Under the pieces are notes generated by a model that searched no databases, was not told where the DNA came from, and worked only from the letters and a program-made list of their open reading frames with translations. From Ignavibacteriota bacterium (GTDB taxonomy: Bacteria; Bacteroidota; Ignavibacteria; UBA10030): a stretch of DNA of 64,000 nt. The stretch spans positions 64,001 to 128,000 of the forward strand of contig CAVSHO010000008.1 in NCBI GenBank assembly GCA_963727825.1, given 5' to 3'. The position numbers and the translations under genes are program-made. Below are positions 22,428 to 33,862 of the stretch, piece after piece (the first letter of the stretch is position 1; the number at the start of each line of letters is the position of its first letter).

Positions 22428-23057
22428 ATGCAGGTTGATGTCTATAAAATAGATGGCACGCTCAGCGGCGAGAAAGTTGAGCTTGATGCGAATATTTTCG
22501 AGATCGAGCCAAATGACCACGCTATCTATCAAGCGGTGCGAAGTATTCAGGCGAATCAGCGTCAGGGCACGCATAAAGTAAAAACACGCAGCGAGGTAAG
22601 CGGCGGTGGCCGGAAACCGTTTAAGCAGAAGAAGACAGGCCGTGCGCGTGCAGGAACAACTCGCTCACCATTATGGGTAGGTGGCGGTTCAATATTTGGA
22701 CCAACGCCGCATGACTATGTGATCAAGCTTACTGTAAAGATGCGCAAGCTTGCACGTAAGTCTGCTCTAAGCTATAAAGCAAAAGATGGAGCTGTCAAAG
22801 TGGTGGAAGATTTTCAGTTTGATGAAGTAAAGACAAAAAAAATGTCAGCAGTACTGAAAGCCCTCTCATTAGATAAACAAAAAACATTATTGTTAACGAA
22901 GACAACAGATGGAACGCTATTAAAATCAGGCCGCAACATTCCGAAGTTGCAGGTGCGTGAAGCGGATAAAGCATCAACATTTGAAATTCTTAAAAATCAG
23001 GTTCTGCTTGTTCAAAAAAGCGCCGTTGATGTTTTACAAAAATCTTTGAAGAATTAG
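22428..23057 (+). CDS. rplD: 50S ribosomal protein L4
   Basis: RQGTHKVKTRSEVSGGGRKPFKQKKTGRAR. Confidence 0.99.
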   Translation: MQVDVYKIDGTLSGEKVELDANIFEIEPNDHAIYQAVRSIQANQRQGTHKVKTRSEVSGGGRKPFKQKKTGRARAGTTRSPLWVGGGSIFGPTPHDYVIKLTVKMRKLARKSALSYKAKDGAVKVVEDFQFDEVKTKKMSAVLKALSLDKQKTLLLTKTTDGTLLKSGRNIPKLQVREADKASTFEILKNQVLLVQKSAVDVLQKSLKN

Positions 23058-23068
23058 GACAACAGGCA

Positions 23069-23359
23069 ATGGTAGGTATTCTCGTTCGACCAATTATCAC
23101 GGAAAAAATGACGGAGCTCGGCGACAAACGGCAGTATGCATTTGAAGTCCCAACCACCGTGAACAAGATTGAAGTTTGCAAAGCAGTTGAAAAGAAATTC
23201 AATGTGAAGGTGATGAGTGTGCGCACGGTCATCGTCAAAGGAAAGCGGAAAAATCAGATGACAAAGCGCGGTCGTTTTGAAGGACACACAAAGACATGGA
23301 AGAAGGCGATTGTTACGCTAAAAGAAGGCGATAAGATCGATTACTTCGGCAACGTCTGA
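23069..23359 (+). CDS. rplW: 50S ribosomal protein L23
   Basis: RPIITEK, WKKAIVTL. Confidence 0.98.
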   Translation: MVGILVRPIITEKMTELGDKRQYAFEVPTTVNKIEVCKAVEKKFNVKVMSVRTVIVKGKRKNQMTKRGRFEGHTKTWKKAIVTLKEGDKIDYFGNV

Positions 23360-23379
23360 TCGTGAAGGTATAAGAGACT

Positions 23380-24213
23380 ATGGCAATTCGAAAATTACGA
23401 CCAATGACTCCTGCGACGAGATTTTATTCTATCTCGGCGTTTAACGAAATAACGAAAAAAGAACCGGAAAAAGCTCTGCTCGAATCAAATAAAAAATCGG
23501 GTGGAAGGAATAATCTTGGACGGATCACTTCGCGTCATCGCGGCGGTGGACATAAACGTCAATATCGAATTATTGATTTCAAACGTGATAAGCATGGAAT
23601 CGTTGGAACAGTTGCTGCAATTGAGTACGACCCGAATCGCGCAGCACGAATTGCACTGATCCAATACCCTGATGGCGAAAAAAGATACATCATTGCAGCG
23701 ATTGGAATGAAAGTCGGTGCAAAAATTGTGTCCGGTCCGCAAGCTGAAATTGAAAATGGCAATGCAATGCCGTTGAAAAATATTCCAGCAGGTACATTTA
23801 TCTATAATGTTGAATTTACCCCCGGTAAGGGTGGTCAAATAGGCCGCAGTGCCGGTAATTCCTTACAAGTAATGGCGAAAGAAGGTGAATTTGTTTCATT
23901 AAAATTGCCTTCGGGAGAAATAAGAAAGTTTCGTGCAGACTGCTATGCGACTATCGGATTAGTTGGTAACGCAGACCATGAGAATATCAGTCTCGGTAAA
24001 GCCGGGAGATCTCGTTGGCTCGGTATTCGTCCGCAATCACGCGGCATGGCAATGAATCCTGTGGATCATCCAATGGGCGGTGGCGAAGGTCGTTCGAAGA
24101 GTGGTGGTGGATATCAACACCCGGAATCGCCTTGGGGCAAGTATGCCAAGGGATTGAAAACGCGCAAGCGGAAAAATCAATCAAATAAATACATTGTTAA
24201 ACGTCGTAAGTAA
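23380..24213 (+). CDS. rplB: 50S ribosomal protein L2
   Basis: [17 protein letters not shown]. Confidence 0.99.
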   Translation: MAIRKLRPMTPATRFYSISAFNEITKKEPEKALLESNKKSGGRNNLGRITSRHRGGGHKRQYRIIDFKRDKHGIVGTVAAIEYDPNRAARIALIQYPDGEKRYIIAAIGMKVGAKIVSGPQAEIENGNAMPLKNIPAGTFIYNVEFTPGKGGQIGRSAGNSLQVMAKEGEFVSLKLPSGEIRKFRADCYATIGLVGNADHENISLGKAGRSRWLGIRPQSRGMAMNPVDHPMGGGEGRSKSGGGYQHPESPWGKYAKGLKTRKRKNQSNKYIVKRRK

Positions 24214-24226
24214 TAGGTAAGTACCT

Positions 24227-24514
24227 ATGAGTCGTTCGATTAAAAAAGGTCCATACGTTGACCTCAAGCTGCAAGGCAAAATAGAAGAGCTCAACAAATC
24301 AAACCAGAAGCGTGTCGTAAAAACCTGGTCGCGTTCGAGCACAATCATTCCCGAGTTTGTCGGGCATACTTTTGCGGTACACAACGGAAATAAATTTATA
24401 CCAGTGTATATTCACGAAGCGATGGTTGGGCACAAGCTCGGTGAGTTTGCACCAACTCGCGTTTTTCGCGGACATCCCGGTTTGAAGAGCGAAAAGTCAA
24501 CATCACCAGCATAA
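24227..24514 (+). CDS. rpsS: 30S ribosomal protein S19
   Basis: [13 protein letters not shown]. Confidence 0.99.
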   Translation: MSRSIKKGPYVDLKLQGKIEELNKSNQKRVVKTWSRSSTIIPEFVGHTFAVHNGNKFIPVYIHEAMVGHKLGEFAPTRVFRGHPGLKSEKSTSPA

Positions 24515-24537
24515 GAACTGACTGTTAAGAGTGAGAC

Positions 24538-24987
24538 ATGGAAGCGAAAGCAATAAATAGATATATCGGAACATCACCTCGCAAAATGCGGCTGGTCATT
24601 GATCTGATTCGCGGCAAAGGGGTCGAAGAAGCATTGAGCATTCTTCACTTCACAACGAAAGCCGCATCGAAAACAGCAGAACAGGTTCTTCGTTCAGCAA
24701 TCTCCAATGTGCAGAATAAAGAAGAGAGCGGACGTGTGGACACAGCAACCTTGTATATCAAAGAAGCGTTTGTCAATGGCGGTGCAATGGCGAAGCGAGT
24801 ACTGCCTGCGCCAATGGGACGCGCATTCCGCATACGTAAACGTTCAAATCATATTACTATTATCGTGGCACAGCGTGAACAAGCAAAGGCGATAGCACCA
24901 AAAGCCAAAGCTTCGACCGGTGTGAAGAAAACCGATGCAAAGAAATCGGAACCAGCAACAGCAACAAAAGAAGTAACCGAAAGTTAA
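24538..24987 (+). CDS. rplV: 50S ribosomal protein L22 with Lys/Ala-rich C-terminal extension
   Basis: SPRKMRLVIDLIRGK, PMGRAFRIRKRSNHIT. Confidence 0.98.
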   Translation: MEAKAINRYIGTSPRKMRLVIDLIRGKGVEEALSILHFTTKAASKTAEQVLRSAISNVQNKEESGRVDTATLYIKEAFVNGGAMAKRVLPAPMGRAFRIRKRSNHITIIVAQREQAKAIAPKAKASTGVKKTDAKKSEPATATKEVTES

Positions 24988-24999
24988 TCGGAGGATCAC

Positions 25000-25635
25000 T
25001 TGGGTCAAAAAACACATCCAGTTGGATTTCGTCTTGGAATCGTTCGTGCGTGGGATGCAAATTGGTACGACGATAAAAGTTTTTCTAACAAATTGCAGGA
25101 AGATGCGCTTGTACGGAATTATGTCCACAACCGATTAAAGAAAGCTGGAATCGCACGAGTTCAAATAGATAGAACACCGAAGCGCGCAGTGGTCACCATT
25201 CACACTTCGCGGCCCGGGATTGTGATTGGGAAAAGCGGAAAAGAAATCGCTCAACTCGAAGAAGAGCTAAAAAAAGTAACATCGAAAGAAATTAAAATTC
25301 TTATTCATGAAATAAAACGTCCGGAATTGGATGCCTTCCTTGTAGCAGAGGCGATTGCCGGTCAGCTCGAGGGACGAATTTCGTTCCGTCGCGCTATGAA
25401 ACAATCGATTACTGCTGCAATGCGCATGGGCGCTGAAGGAATTAAAGTGATGTGTGCGGGACGTCTTGGCGGCGCCGAAATTGCGCGCACAGAACATTAT
25501 AAAGATGGGCGTATTCCTTTACAGACGCTTCGGGCAGACATTGATTATGCGGGCGCAACCGCGCACACTATTTACGGAGCCATTGGTGTAAAAGTCTGGA
25601 TCTGTAAAGGTGAAATTATTGGACCGCGGCAATAA
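25000..25635 (+). CDS. rpsC: 30S ribosomal protein S3
   Basis: [26 protein letters not shown]. Confidence 0.99.
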   Translation: MGQKTHPVGFRLGIVRAWDANWYDDKSFSNKLQEDALVRNYVHNRLKKAGIARVQIDRTPKRAVVTIHTSRPGIVIGKSGKEIAQLEEELKKVTSKEIKILIHEIKRPELDAFLVAEAIAGQLEGRISFRRAMKQSITAAMRMGAEGIKVMCAGRLGGAEIARTEHYKDGRIPLQTLRADIDYAGATAHTIYGAIGVKVWICKGEIIGPRQ

Positions 25636-25648
25636 GGAGTGTTGATTT

Positions 25649-26086
25649 ATGTTAATGCCAAAAAGAGTAAAGTATAGAAAAGCCCAACGTGGACGCATGA
25701 AGGGCAAGGCGACACGCGGTGCAACAATTGCTTTTGGAGATTTTGGATTAAAGGCAATGGAACCAGGGTGGGTTACGCAAAGACAGATTGAAGCGTCACG
25801 CGTTGCGTTGACTCGAATGATGAAACGCGAAGGTAAAGTATGGATTAGAATTTTTCCAGATAAACCAGTAACGAAGAAACCAGCAGAAACTCGTATGGGA
25901 AGCGGAAAGGGTTCGCCAGAATTTTGGGTAGCAGTGATTAAGCCCGGCCGCGTTCTGTTTGAATTGGGTGGTGTTAATCGTGCGGCAGCGGCAGAAGCAT
26001 TAAAGCTTGCAGCACACAAACTTGCAATCAAAACAAGGTTTGTCACCCGTATCGATTATCAAGGTGCGCAAGAGGCGAAGCAATGA
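25649..26086 (+). CDS. rplP: 50S ribosomal protein L16
   Basis: [18 protein letters not shown]. Confidence 0.99.
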   Translation: MLMPKRVKYRKAQRGRMKGKATRGATIAFGDFGLKAMEPGWVTQRQIEASRVALTRMMKREGKVWIRIFPDKPVTKKPAETRMGSGKGSPEFWVAVIKPGRVLFELGGVNRAAAAEALKLAAHKLAIKTRFVTRIDYQGAQEAKQ

Positions 26087-26334
26087 AGGCACATGATTTG
26101 CGACAACTCTCGGATGCAGAACTGCTGAAGAGAATTCAAGAAGAAGAAGAGAATTTATCCCATCTGAAATTTCAGAAGGTCATTGGTCAATTGGAAAATC
26201 CGATGAAGTTAGGGCATGTTCGAAAAGGAATTGCGCGAATCAAAACGATTCTCCGCGATCGACAATTGAATCCGTCAACCGAAAAAACTGCACAAGTGAC
26301 ACCTGGCGACAGGCAAGTTGAGCAGCCAAAGTAA
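26083..26334 (+). CDS. rpmC: 50S ribosomal protein L29
   Basis: GQLENP...[11 protein letters not shown]; synteny. Confidence 0.96.
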   Translation: MKAHDLRQLSDAELLKRIQEEEENLSHLKFQKVIGQLENPMKLGHVRKGIARIKTILRDRQLNPSTEKTAQVTPGDRQVEQPK

Positions 26335-26343
26335 TGTGAGATA

Positions 26344-26625
26344 ATGATGACAGAAATTCCAAAAGAAATTCAGACGCGCGCACGGCGTAAAGTTCGAATC
26401 GGTAAAGTAGTTAGCAACAAAATGTCGAAAAGTATTATTGTTGCGGTAGAGCGTCAGGTCGCACATGCATTATATAAGAAATATTTCCGTCGTACAACAA
26501 AGTTGATGGCGCATGACGAAAAACAAGAAGCTGGTATTGGTGATACTGTGAAGATTATGGAAACTCGACCGATGAGTGCACGCAAGCGCTGGCGGTTAGT
26601 AGAAATCATTGAAAAGGCGAAATAG
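26344..26625 (+). CDS. rpsQ: 30S ribosomal protein S17
   Basis: [24 protein letters not shown]. Confidence 0.98.
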   Translation: MMTEIPKEIQTRARRKVRIGKVVSNKMSKSIIVAVERQVAHALYKKYFRRTTKLMAHDEKQEAGIGDTVKIMETRPMSARKRWRLVEIIEKAK

Positions 26626-26650
26626 GTTATTTTCAGAGTAGGCGAAGACG

Positions 26651-27019
26651 ATGATCCAGGAAGAAACAAATTTAGTGGTTGCTGATAATTCGGGTGCGAA
26701 GCGAGTGCAGTGTATTCGTGTCCTTGGAGGTCACGATAGGCGCTACGCTGGCGTTGGCGATCTTATTGTTGTATCCGTGAAGAGCGCTATTCCGGGCGCT
26801 CCGGTAAAGAAGGGTGAAGTCTCGCGTGCTGTGGTTGTGCGGACAAAGAAAGAAATTCGCCGGAAGGATGGTTCGTACATCCGGTTCGATGAAAATGCCG
26901 CGGTGTTGCTCAATGCCCAGGGTGAGCCGCGTGGAACACGTATTTTCGGTCCTGTGGCGAGAGAATTACGTGAACGTCAATTTATGAAAATCATTTCCCT
27001 TGCACCTGAGGTGCTCTAA
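26651..27019 (+). CDS. rplN: 50S ribosomal protein L14
   Basis: [21 protein letters not shown]. Confidence 0.99.
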   Translation: MIQEETNLVVADNSGAKRVQCIRVLGGHDRRYAGVGDLIVVSVKSAIPGAPVKKGEVSRAVVVRTKKEIRRKDGSYIRFDENAAVLLNAQGEPRGTRIFGPVARELRERQFMKIISLAPEVL

Positions 27020-27023
27020 AATT

Positions 27024-27359
27024 ATGGCGCAGAATTTACATGTACATAAAAATGATACAGCTTTGGTCGTCTCGGGCGAGTTCCGAAAAAAACAAGGCAA
27101 AGTGTTAAAAGTGTTTCCCGATACTCAGCGAGTGATTATCGAGAACGTCAACATTATTAAGAGAGCTACGCGTCCTTCACAAAAGAATCCGCAAGGCGGG
27201 GTTGTTCAAAAAGAAGGAGGCATCCGAGCTTCTAACGTAATGGTGATTTGTCCGAAGTGTGCTAAACCGACTCGCGTAGGACACACGCATGTAAAAGATG
27301 CTACGAGCGGTAAAAAGAAGACAATGAGAACCTGCAAACATTGTAAAGAGATGTTCTAA
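27024..27359 (+). CDS. rplX: 50S ribosomal protein L24
   Basis: KOW region, GGIRASNVM; start at ATG 27024. Confidence 0.97.
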   Translation: MAQNLHVHKNDTALVVSGEFRKKQGKVLKVFPDTQRVIIENVNIIKRATRPSQKNPQGGVVQKEGGIRASNVMVICPKCAKPTRVGHTHVKDATSGKKKTMRTCKHCKEMF

Positions 27360-27370
27360 GAAAGCAATCC

Positions 27371-28108
27371 ATGGCGAACGAAAAAGTTCCTAATAAAGAA
27401 AAAGTAGAAAAGACGGTGCCTGCAGCAAAAAGCAAAGGTGAGAAAACGGCGCCAGCGGCTAAAAGTAAAGGTGAGAAGCCTGGACCGGATTCAAAAAGTA
27501 AAAAAGCTGCTGATGGGCAGGAAAAAGGTGTAGCTGCACGTTTGTTCGAGCGGTATCAAAAGGAATCTGTTCCAGCACTGATGAAAAAATTCCAGTTTAA
27601 AAGTAAAATGCAAGTGCCGCGGCTGGAAAAGATCGCGATTAATATTGGAGTTGGACAAGCGACACAGGATCCAAAGCTGCTTGATGCAGCTGTTCATGAG
27701 TTAGAATCTATTACAGGGCAAAAAGTCGCCATCACAAAATCTAAAAAAGCAATTTCCAATTTCAAACTACGAGAAAATCTTCCAATCGGGTGCCGTGTAA
27801 CATTGCGCCGTGCTAAAATGTACGAATTCTTAGATCGGTTTATTAGTGTTGCATTGCCTCGCGTTCGTGATTTTCGTGGTGTATCAGACACTTCTTTCGA
27901 CGGTCATGGAAATTATACTATAGGAATAAAAGAGCAAATTATTTTTCCGGAAATTGATGTAGACAAAGTGACACGCGTTAGCGGTATGGATATTACCTTC
28001 GTCACCACAGCCAAGAATGACGTTGAGGCCTATGAATTACTAAAAGAGCTTGGCATGCCGTTTATAAAGCGGCAAGAAATTGTTCAACCAGAAGCCCAGA
28101 ATAAGTAA
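27371..28108 (+). CDS. rplE: 50S ribosomal protein L5 with a repeat-containing N-terminal extension
   Basis: [29 protein letters not shown]. Confidence 0.98.
   Translation: MANEKVPNKEKVEKTVPAAKSKGEKTAPAAKSKGEKPGPDSKSKKAADGQEKGVAARLFERYQKESVPALMKKFQFKSKMQVPRLEKIAINIGVGQATQDPKLLDAAVHELESITGQKVAITKSKKAISNFKLRENLPIGCRVTLRRAKMYEFLDRFISVALPRVRDFRGVSDTSFDGHGNYTIGIKEQIIFPEIDVDKVTRVSGMDITFVTTAKNDVEAYELLKELGMPFIKRQEIVQPEAQNK
27407..27505 (+). repeat. 3 x 33-bp in-frame tandem repeat in the rplE 5' region
   Basis: Encodes [33 protein letters not shown]. Confidence 0.85.
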
Positions 28109-28118
28109 AGGAGTTCGC

Positions 28119-28304
28119 TTGGCACGCTTAGCAATGCGAGTAAAGGCGAAGAGAACGCCAAAACATAAAGTTTCACAGCACAACCGTTGCAACATCTGTG
28201 GCCGTCCGCGCAGTTATTATCGCAAGTTCGGTCTCTGCCGTATCTGTTTTCGTAAGCTCGCGCTAGAAGGCAAGATTCCTGGTGTTCGCAAGGCAAGTTG
28301 GTAA
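28119..28304 (+). CDS. rpsN: 30S ribosomal protein S14 (short zinc-binding type Z)
   Basis: [18 protein letters not shown]; TTG start after AAGGAG. Confidence 0.97.
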   Translation: MARLAMRVKAKRTPKHKVSQHNRCNICGRPRSYYRKFGLCRICFRKLALEGKIPGVRKASW

Positions 28305-28329
28305 AACTATAATATAGAGAGTTGAATCG

Positions 28330-28725
28330 ATGTCGAAGACTGATCCAATTGCTGATTATTTAACAAGAATTCGCAACGCAGCAAAAGCGAAACATCGCAG
28401 GGTGGATATTCCATCTTCCAATATGAAGAAAGCGATTTCTAAAATTCTTCTTGAAAAGAATTTTATTGCGGGGTTTACAGTGCTTGAAGACAAAAAGCAG
28501 AATATCCTGCGGATTAATCTGAAGTACTATAATGAAAAACCAGTCATTACCGGATTGCGCCGAATAAGTAAGCCAGGTATTCGATTGTACCGGGGTTCTA
28601 ATGAATTGCCGCGTGTACTTGGTGGTTTAGGTGTTGCCATAATTTCGACCTCTAAAGGTGTAATGACGGATGCACAGGCGAAAAAAGACAATGTTGGCGG
28701 CGAAATTCTCGCCTATATCTGGTAA
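28330..28725 (+). CDS. rpsH: 30S ribosomal protein S8
   Basis: [23 protein letters not shown]. Confidence 0.99.
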   Translation: MSKTDPIADYLTRIRNAAKAKHRRVDIPSSNMKKAISKILLEKNFIAGFTVLEDKKQNILRINLKYYNEKPVITGLRRISKPGIRLYRGSNELPRVLGGLGVAIISTSKGVMTDAQAKKDNVGGEILAYIW

Positions 28726-28748
28726 GTGTTTGAAGAGGAGATAGTATA

Positions 28749-29297
28749 GTGTCACGTATCGGTAGAAAACCAATTGAAATCCCTAAGGGTGTAACAGTTT
28801 CGGTGAAGAGCGATATTGTTACTGTGAAAGGACCTAAGGGTGAGTTAGTTGAAAAAGTGCATCCAGATATCAGCGTCGAGATGAAAGATCAGCAGATACT
28901 AATTACGCGCAAATCGGATGAAGGCAAATATCGAGCATTGCACGGGTTATGGCGCGCACTCATTCAAAATATGATTACTGGCGTAACTCTCGGGTATTCA
29001 AAAAAATTAGAAATAATTGGCGTCGGTTACCGTGCAGAGATGAAGGGAACACGATTGAATCTTCTTCTTGGTTACAGTCATCCAATACTATTTGCGGCAC
29101 CAGATAGTATTAAAATTGAAGCGCCGACGCAGACAAGCATCATTATAAGTGGTGCGCATAAACAGCTTGTTGGATTAGTTGCCGCAAAGATACGGTCATT
29201 CCGTCCACCTGAGCCATACAAAGGCAAGGGCGTCAAGTACGAAGGCGAGTATGTCCGTCGCAAAGCTGGTAAAGCCGCTGCTACGGCTGCAAAGTAA
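28749..29297 (+). CDS. rplF: 50S ribosomal protein L6
   Basis: SRIGRKP, RPPEPYKGKGVKY. Confidence 0.99.
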   Translation: MSRIGRKPIEIPKGVTVSVKSDIVTVKGPKGELVEKVHPDISVEMKDQQILITRKSDEGKYRALHGLWRALIQNMITGVTLGYSKKLEIIGVGYRAEMKGTRLNLLLGYSHPILFAAPDSIKIEAPTQTSIIISGAHKQLVGLVAAKIRSFRPPEPYKGKGVKYEGEYVRRKAGKAAATAAK

Positions 29298-29329
29298 TAA
29301 AGAGATTTTGAAGCAAGGAAAAACAGCTT

Positions 29330-29698
29330 ATGATTCGAAAAAATACTGTGGAACGCCTCGCCAAAAAACAGGCACGTATCCGCAAGAAAATTAAAGGCAC
29401 ATCGGGACGTCCTCGATTAGTGGTTTTCCGAAGTGCTAAAAATGCTTATGCGCAAATCATCGATGACTCAACTGGTAAAACGTTGTTGTCTGTATCGACC
29501 TTATCGAAGGATTTACGTGAAAGTGTTAAGCAAGCGAAGACTCCGATTGAGCGCTATAAACTTATCGGCGTGGCAGCCGCAAAAAAAGCGCTTGAAAAGA
29601 ATATTAAAGAAGTAGTCTTTGATCGCAGCGGTTATCTGTATCATGGCCGCGTCAAAGCACTCGCGGATGGTGCTCGCGAAGGTGGACTTAAATTCTAA
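29330..29698 (+). CDS. rplR: 50S ribosomal protein L18
   Basis: [25 protein letters not shown]. Confidence 0.99.
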   Translation: MIRKNTVERLAKKQARIRKKIKGTSGRPRLVVFRSAKNAYAQIIDDSTGKTLLSVSTLSKDLRESVKQAKTPIERYKLIGVAAAKKALEKNIKEVVFDRSGYLYHGRVKALADGAREGGLKF

Positions 29699-29721
29699 CT
29701 CCTAATACTCGTACGAAAAAC

Positions 29722-30222
29722 ATGGCAAAAGTCAAAGCAGGCGAACTCGAACTTAAAGAACGATTGGTGAGCGTTAACCGTGTGGCCAAAGTGGTCAAAG
29801 GTGGACGTCGCTTTAGCTTCAATGCAATCGTTGTCGTAGGTGATGGCAATGGACATATCGGTATCGGACTAGGCAAGGCAAATGAAGTGCAAGACGCAAT
29901 TGCGAAGGGAACAGACGATGCGAAGAAAAGCCTCATTTTTGTCCCTATCTTCAAAGGAACTATTCCGCATTCTGTCATTGGAAAATTTGGAGCGGGAAAA
30001 GTAATGCTGAAACCGGCATCTCCTGGAACGGGTCTTATTGCGGGCGGCGGTGTACGTGCTGTGCTGGAAATGGCGGGCGTGAAAGATGTGCTCACAAAGC
30101 AAATGGGTTCACCCAATTCTCATAACGTTGTTAAAGCAACTATGCAGGCACTTTTGAATCTTTCAGATGCCAAAATGATTGCAGCGCGTCGAGGAATCAC
30201 AATTCAGGAACTGTTTCAATAA
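29722..30222 (+). CDS. rpsE: 30S ribosomal protein S5
   Basis: [14 protein letters not shown]. Confidence 0.99.
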   Translation: MAKVKAGELELKERLVSVNRVAKVVKGGRRFSFNAIVVVGDGNGHIGIGLGKANEVQDAIAKGTDDAKKSLIFVPIFKGTIPHSVIGKFGAGKVMLKPASPGTGLIAGGGVRAVLEMAGVKDVLTKQMGSPNSHNVVKATMQALLNLSDAKMIAARRGITIQELFQ

Positions 30223-30239
30223 ACTTAGTAAGAACTCTT

Positions 30240-30431
30240 ATGTCGGAACTGAAGAAAATTAAAATCACACAGGTCAAAAGTATTGTTGACCACCTTGAGG
30301 ATGCCAAGCTTACGATTAAAGCACTTGGACTTGGTAGGCCGAATTATTTTGTTGTTAAAAACGACACGCCGCAAATTCGCGGAATGATCAACAGGGTTCG
30401 GCATCTCGTTAGAGTGGAAGAGGTGCAGTAA
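30240..30431 (+). CDS. rpmD: 50S ribosomal protein L30
   Basis: IKITQVKS..ALGL..TPQIRGMI. Confidence 0.96.
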   Translation: MSELKKIKITQVKSIVDHLEDAKLTIKALGLGRPNYFVVKNDTPQIRGMINRVRHLVRVEEVQ

Positions 30432-30916
30432 TGGCGAAAGATATTCTCAGCAATTTAACACCGGCAAAAGGTTCGCGAAGAAAAACAAAACGAATTGGCC
30501 GTGGACAAGGTTCAGGACATGGCGGAACGGCAACTAAAGGACACAAAGGCGCCAGGGCGCGTTCAGGGCACAAGTTTAAAATGTGGTTTGAAGGTGGACA
30601 GATGCCGCTTACACGTCGTGTGCCGAAATTCGGTTTCACGCCTCACAATCGTTCTGAAATGCAAATTGTGAATGTTGAAACCCTTGGAATATTAGCTGAG
30701 AAGAAAAAGTTAGATGGTGGTGTAGTGACACCAGAGGTTCTATATAAAACTGGAGCTATAGCAAAGAAGAATGTAGCTGTGAAAATTCTTGGCGATGGCG
30801 ATCTGAAAGTTAAATTAGAAGTTACAGCACATGCTTTTAGTAAATCGGCACTTACGAAGATCGAAGCGGCTGGAGGGAAAGCCACAATTCTTACTATTAA
30901 GACTGTGAAATCATGA
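30431..30916 (+). CDS. rplO: 50S ribosomal protein L15
   Basis: GRGQGSGHG, FEGGQMPL.RRVPKFGF. Confidence 0.99.
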   Translation: MAKDILSNLTPAKGSRRKTKRIGRGQGSGHGGTATKGHKGARARSGHKFKMWFEGGQMPLTRRVPKFGFTPHNRSEMQIVNVETLGILAEKKKLDGGVVTPEVLYKTGAIAKKNVAVKILGDGDLKVKLEVTAHAFSKSALTKIEAAGGKATILTIKTVKS

Positions 30917-32250
30917 GTAAGCTGACTGAAACCTTTACGAATATTTTTAAAATCCAGGAGCTACGCGAGAGACTGCTCTTTACGACGCTGCTATTGGTTA
31001 TTGTCCGCATTGGTTCACATATTACTGTCCCAGGTGTAGATGCTGTTTTATTAGCGGACAGTCTCAAAAAATCATCCGAGAATAATCTTTTCGGATTATT
31101 CGATCTATTTGTTGGCGGTGCGTTTAGCCATGCTGCGATTTTTGCACTTGGTATTATGCCGTACATCAGCTCATCTATTGTTATACAGCTTCTCGGCGCC
31201 GTGGTACCTTATTTTGCCAAACTTCAAAAGGAAGGCGAAGAAGGGCGTAAAAAAATTACGCAATACACACGTTATGGGACAGTTGCTATTTCATTAATGC
31301 AGGCAACAGGTGTTGTAGCGAAACTAATGGCAACTTCACAAGGTGGAGTTCCTATTGTTCCGGAAGGTGTTCGCGGAATTGGTTTTTATCTAAGCACTAC
31401 GATTATTCTTACTACAGGTACTATGTTTATGATGTGGCTGGGTGAGCAAATCACCGAGCGCGGTATTGGTAACGGAATTTCCCTTATAATCTTTATTGGT
31501 ATCGTAGCACGGTTTCCGAATGCCGTTCTATCTGAATTTCAACTTGTGCAGGGCGGAACTCGCAATTTGATTATAGAATTAGTCATCTTGGTGTTAATGG
31601 GTTTCATCGTTGCAGGTGTGGTTTTAATTACACAAGGTACGCGGCGTATTCCTGTACAATATGCCAAACGAGTTGTAGGGAGAAAAGTTTATGGTGGCGT
31701 GACACAATATATTCCTTTGCGCGTCAATACCGCCGGCGTAATGCCGATCATCTTTGCTCAATCAATAATGTTTATTCCACAAATTATTTTTTCGTTCTTT
31801 CCAAACAGCGAGTTCATAAACGAATTGTCGACAAATTGGTTTGGTTATAGTTCTTGGTCATACTCGGTAGTGTACGCCCTGATGATCATTTTCTTCACTT
31901 ATTTTTATACTGCAATCGCCTTTAATCCAAAGGATGTGGCAGATAACATGAAAAAGCAGGGCGGATTTATTCCAGGTATTCGCCCGGGCACCCATACATC
32001 GGAATTTGTAGATAATATCTTGACGAAGATTACATTGCCGGGTTCAATTGCATTGGCTGCTGTTGCCATACTTCCGACGCTAATGATGAAATTGGGAGTG
32101 ACACCGGGTTTTGCTCAGTTCTTCGGCGGAACAAGTTTGCTTATTGTGGTGGGCGTTGCGCTTGATACACTCCAACAAGTTGAATCGCATCTGTTAATGC
32201 GTCACTATGATGGATTTATGAAGAGTGGAAAACTTCGAGGGAGACGATAA
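30913..32250 (+). CDS. secY: Preprotein translocase SecY
   Basis: IFALGIMPYISSSI, GIGNGISLIIF, IPGIRPG. Confidence 0.99.
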   Translation: MSKLTETFTNIFKIQELRERLLFTTLLLVIVRIGSHITVPGVDAVLLADSLKKSSENNLFGLFDLFVGGAFSHAAIFALGIMPYISSSIVIQLLGAVVPYFAKLQKEGEEGRKKITQYTRYGTVAISLMQATGVVAKLMATSQGGVPIVPEGVRGIGFYLSTTIILTTGTMFMMWLGEQITERGIGNGISLIIFIGIVARFPNAVLSEFQLVQGGTRNLIIELVILVLMGFIVAGVVLITQGTRRIPVQYAKRVVGRKVYGGVTQYIPLRVNTAGVMPIIFAQSIMFIPQIIFSFFPNSEFINELSTNWFGYSSWSYSVVYALMIIFFTYFYTAIAFNPKDVADNMKKQGGFIPGIRPGTHTSEFVDNILTKITLPGSIALAAVAILPTLMMKLGVTPGFAQFFGGTSLLIVVGVALDTLQQVESHLLMRHYDGFMKSGKLRGRR

Positions 32251-32265
32251 GCCTCGAATTATAAA

Positions 32266-33027
32266 ATGATTTCTTTGAAATCACTTGAAGAGATTGAGTT
32301 AATTCGTGAAAGCAGCAGAATAGTTGCTGATGTGCTCAAATTGGTAGGTGCTCAAGTTAGGCCGGGTATAACGACATTAGAACTTGATCACGCAGCAGAA
32401 GATTATATTCGCTCGATGGGCGGAGAGCCGGCGTTTAAAGGATACGGGTGGGATAAAAGTAATTTATTTCCAGCGACACTCTGTATGTCGATAGACGAGG
32501 AAGTTGTGCACGGCATTCCAAGCAAGCGTGCATTAAAAGATGGAGAATTATTATCCATTGATGTCGGTGCAAAGAAGAATGGATTTTATGGAGACGGTGC
32601 TTGGTCTTTCGCTGTTGGTGAAGTCTCTGAAGAAAAGCAGCGATTAATGCGCGTGACTGAAGAATCGCTATTAATAGGAATTGAGCAAGCAGTTGTCGGT
32701 AATAGAGTGCATGATATTTCGAGTGCGATTCAGCAGTACGTAGAAGCTAATGGGTTTTCGGTAGTTCGTGATTTAGTCGGACATGGCGTTGGAAGGAAAT
32801 TGCACGAAGAACCATCTGTTCCAAATTACGGCGAGCCGGGGACAGGAGCAGTTTTGAAAAATGGAATGACGCTTGCTATCGAACCGATGGTTAACGCGGG
32901 AACTTGGCACGTGAAAGTAGCAGCTGATGGTTGGACAGTCTTTACAGCAGACGGAAAACCGTCGGCACATTTTGAACATACGGTAGCGATTAAAAACGGC
33001 AAGGCAGAAATTCTCACCTTGTCCTAA
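32266..33027 (+). CDS. map: Methionine aminopeptidase type I
   Basis: EVVHGIP, GHGVG..LHEEP, AIEPM, SAHFEHT. Confidence 0.98.
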   Translation: MISLKSLEEIELIRESSRIVADVLKLVGAQVRPGITTLELDHAAEDYIRSMGGEPAFKGYGWDKSNLFPATLCMSIDEEVVHGIPSKRALKDGELLSIDVGAKKNGFYGDGAWSFAVGEVSEEKQRLMRVTEESLLIGIEQAVVGNRVHDISSAIQQYVEANGFSVVRDLVGHGVGRKLHEEPSVPNYGEPGTGAVLKNGMTLAIEPMVNAGTWHVKVAADGWTVFTADGKPSAHFEHTVAIKNGKAEILTLS

Positions 33028-33033
33028 GTAAGA

Positions 33034-33252
33034 ATGGCGAAGCAAGGACCGATTAAAGTTGATGGAGTGATAACGGATACGCTGCCTAATGCAACGTTCC
33101 GGGTAAAACTTGACAATGGTGTAGAAATCTTTGCTCATATCTCCGGCAAAATGCGGATGCATTATATTAAAATTCTTGTCGGAGATCGTGTAACAGTGGA
33201 AATGTCGCCGTATGATTTATCTAAAGGTCGGATTACATATCGGTATAAATAA
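33034..33252 (+). CDS. infA: Translation initiation factor IF-1
   Basis: [20 protein letters not shown]. Confidence 0.99.
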   Translation: MAKQGPIKVDGVITDTLPNATFRVKLDNGVEIFAHISGKMRMHYIKILVGDRVTVEMSPYDLSKGRITYRYK

Positions 33253-33310
33253 AATTCAAAATCGAAAGTTCAAATTTCTGGATTTTGGAAGTGCAAAAGA
33301 GGAACATTAA

Positions 33311-33424
33311 ATGAAAGTTAGATCATCGGTAAAGAAGTTGTGTGAAAATTGCAAGATTATTCGGCGTAAAGGTGTCGTTCGAATTATCTGCAAGAACCCG
33401 AAACACAAACAGCGGCAAGGATGA
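33311..33424 (+). CDS. rpmJ: 50S ribosomal protein L36 (not in ORF track)
   Basis: Manual translation [37 protein letters not shown]. Confidence 0.98.
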   Translation: MKVRSSVKKLCENCKIIRRKGVVRIICKNPKHKQRQG

Positions 33425-33442
33425 TAAACAAGGAGTAAAGAC

Positions 33443-33826
33443 GTGGCTCGTATTGCTGGGGTTGATTTACCTAAAAATAAATGTACTGAAATTGGTCTTA
33501 CTTATATTTACGGTATAGGCCGCTCCACGGCGCTGGAGATCCTTGAAAAAACAAAGATCGATGGTGCCAAAAAGGTTGGTGATTTGAATGACGAGGAAGT
33601 AGCGGCAATTCGTGCCGTCATTCAATCCGACTTTAAAGTGGAAGGCGCACTGCGGAGTGAGAATCAGCTCAACACGAAGCGGTTGATGGATATTGGCTGT
33701 TACCGCGGTTTGCGCCATCGCAAAGGCCTGCCGGTTCGTGGACAGAGAACCCGAACTAATTCCCGTACAAGAAAAGGTAAGAGAAAGACGGTTGCCGGCA
33801 AGAAGAAAGCACTCGAGAAGAAGTAA
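33443..33826 (+). CDS. rpsM: 30S ribosomal protein S13
   Basis: [21 protein letters not shown]. Confidence 0.99.
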   Translation: MARIAGVDLPKNKCTEIGLTYIYGIGRSTALEILEKTKIDGAKKVGDLNDEEVAAIRAVIQSDFKVEGALRSENQLNTKRLMDIGCYRGLRHRKGLPVRGQRTRTNSRTRKGKRKTVAGKKKALEKK

Positions 33827-33862
33827 TTATTTTGTAGAGATTCTTTCAAAAGGATAATTTCA

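Noticed and set aside
32250-32266. Absence of adk between secY and map
   Set aside because: To my knowledge this is the usual arrangement in the Bacteroidota/Chlorobi group.
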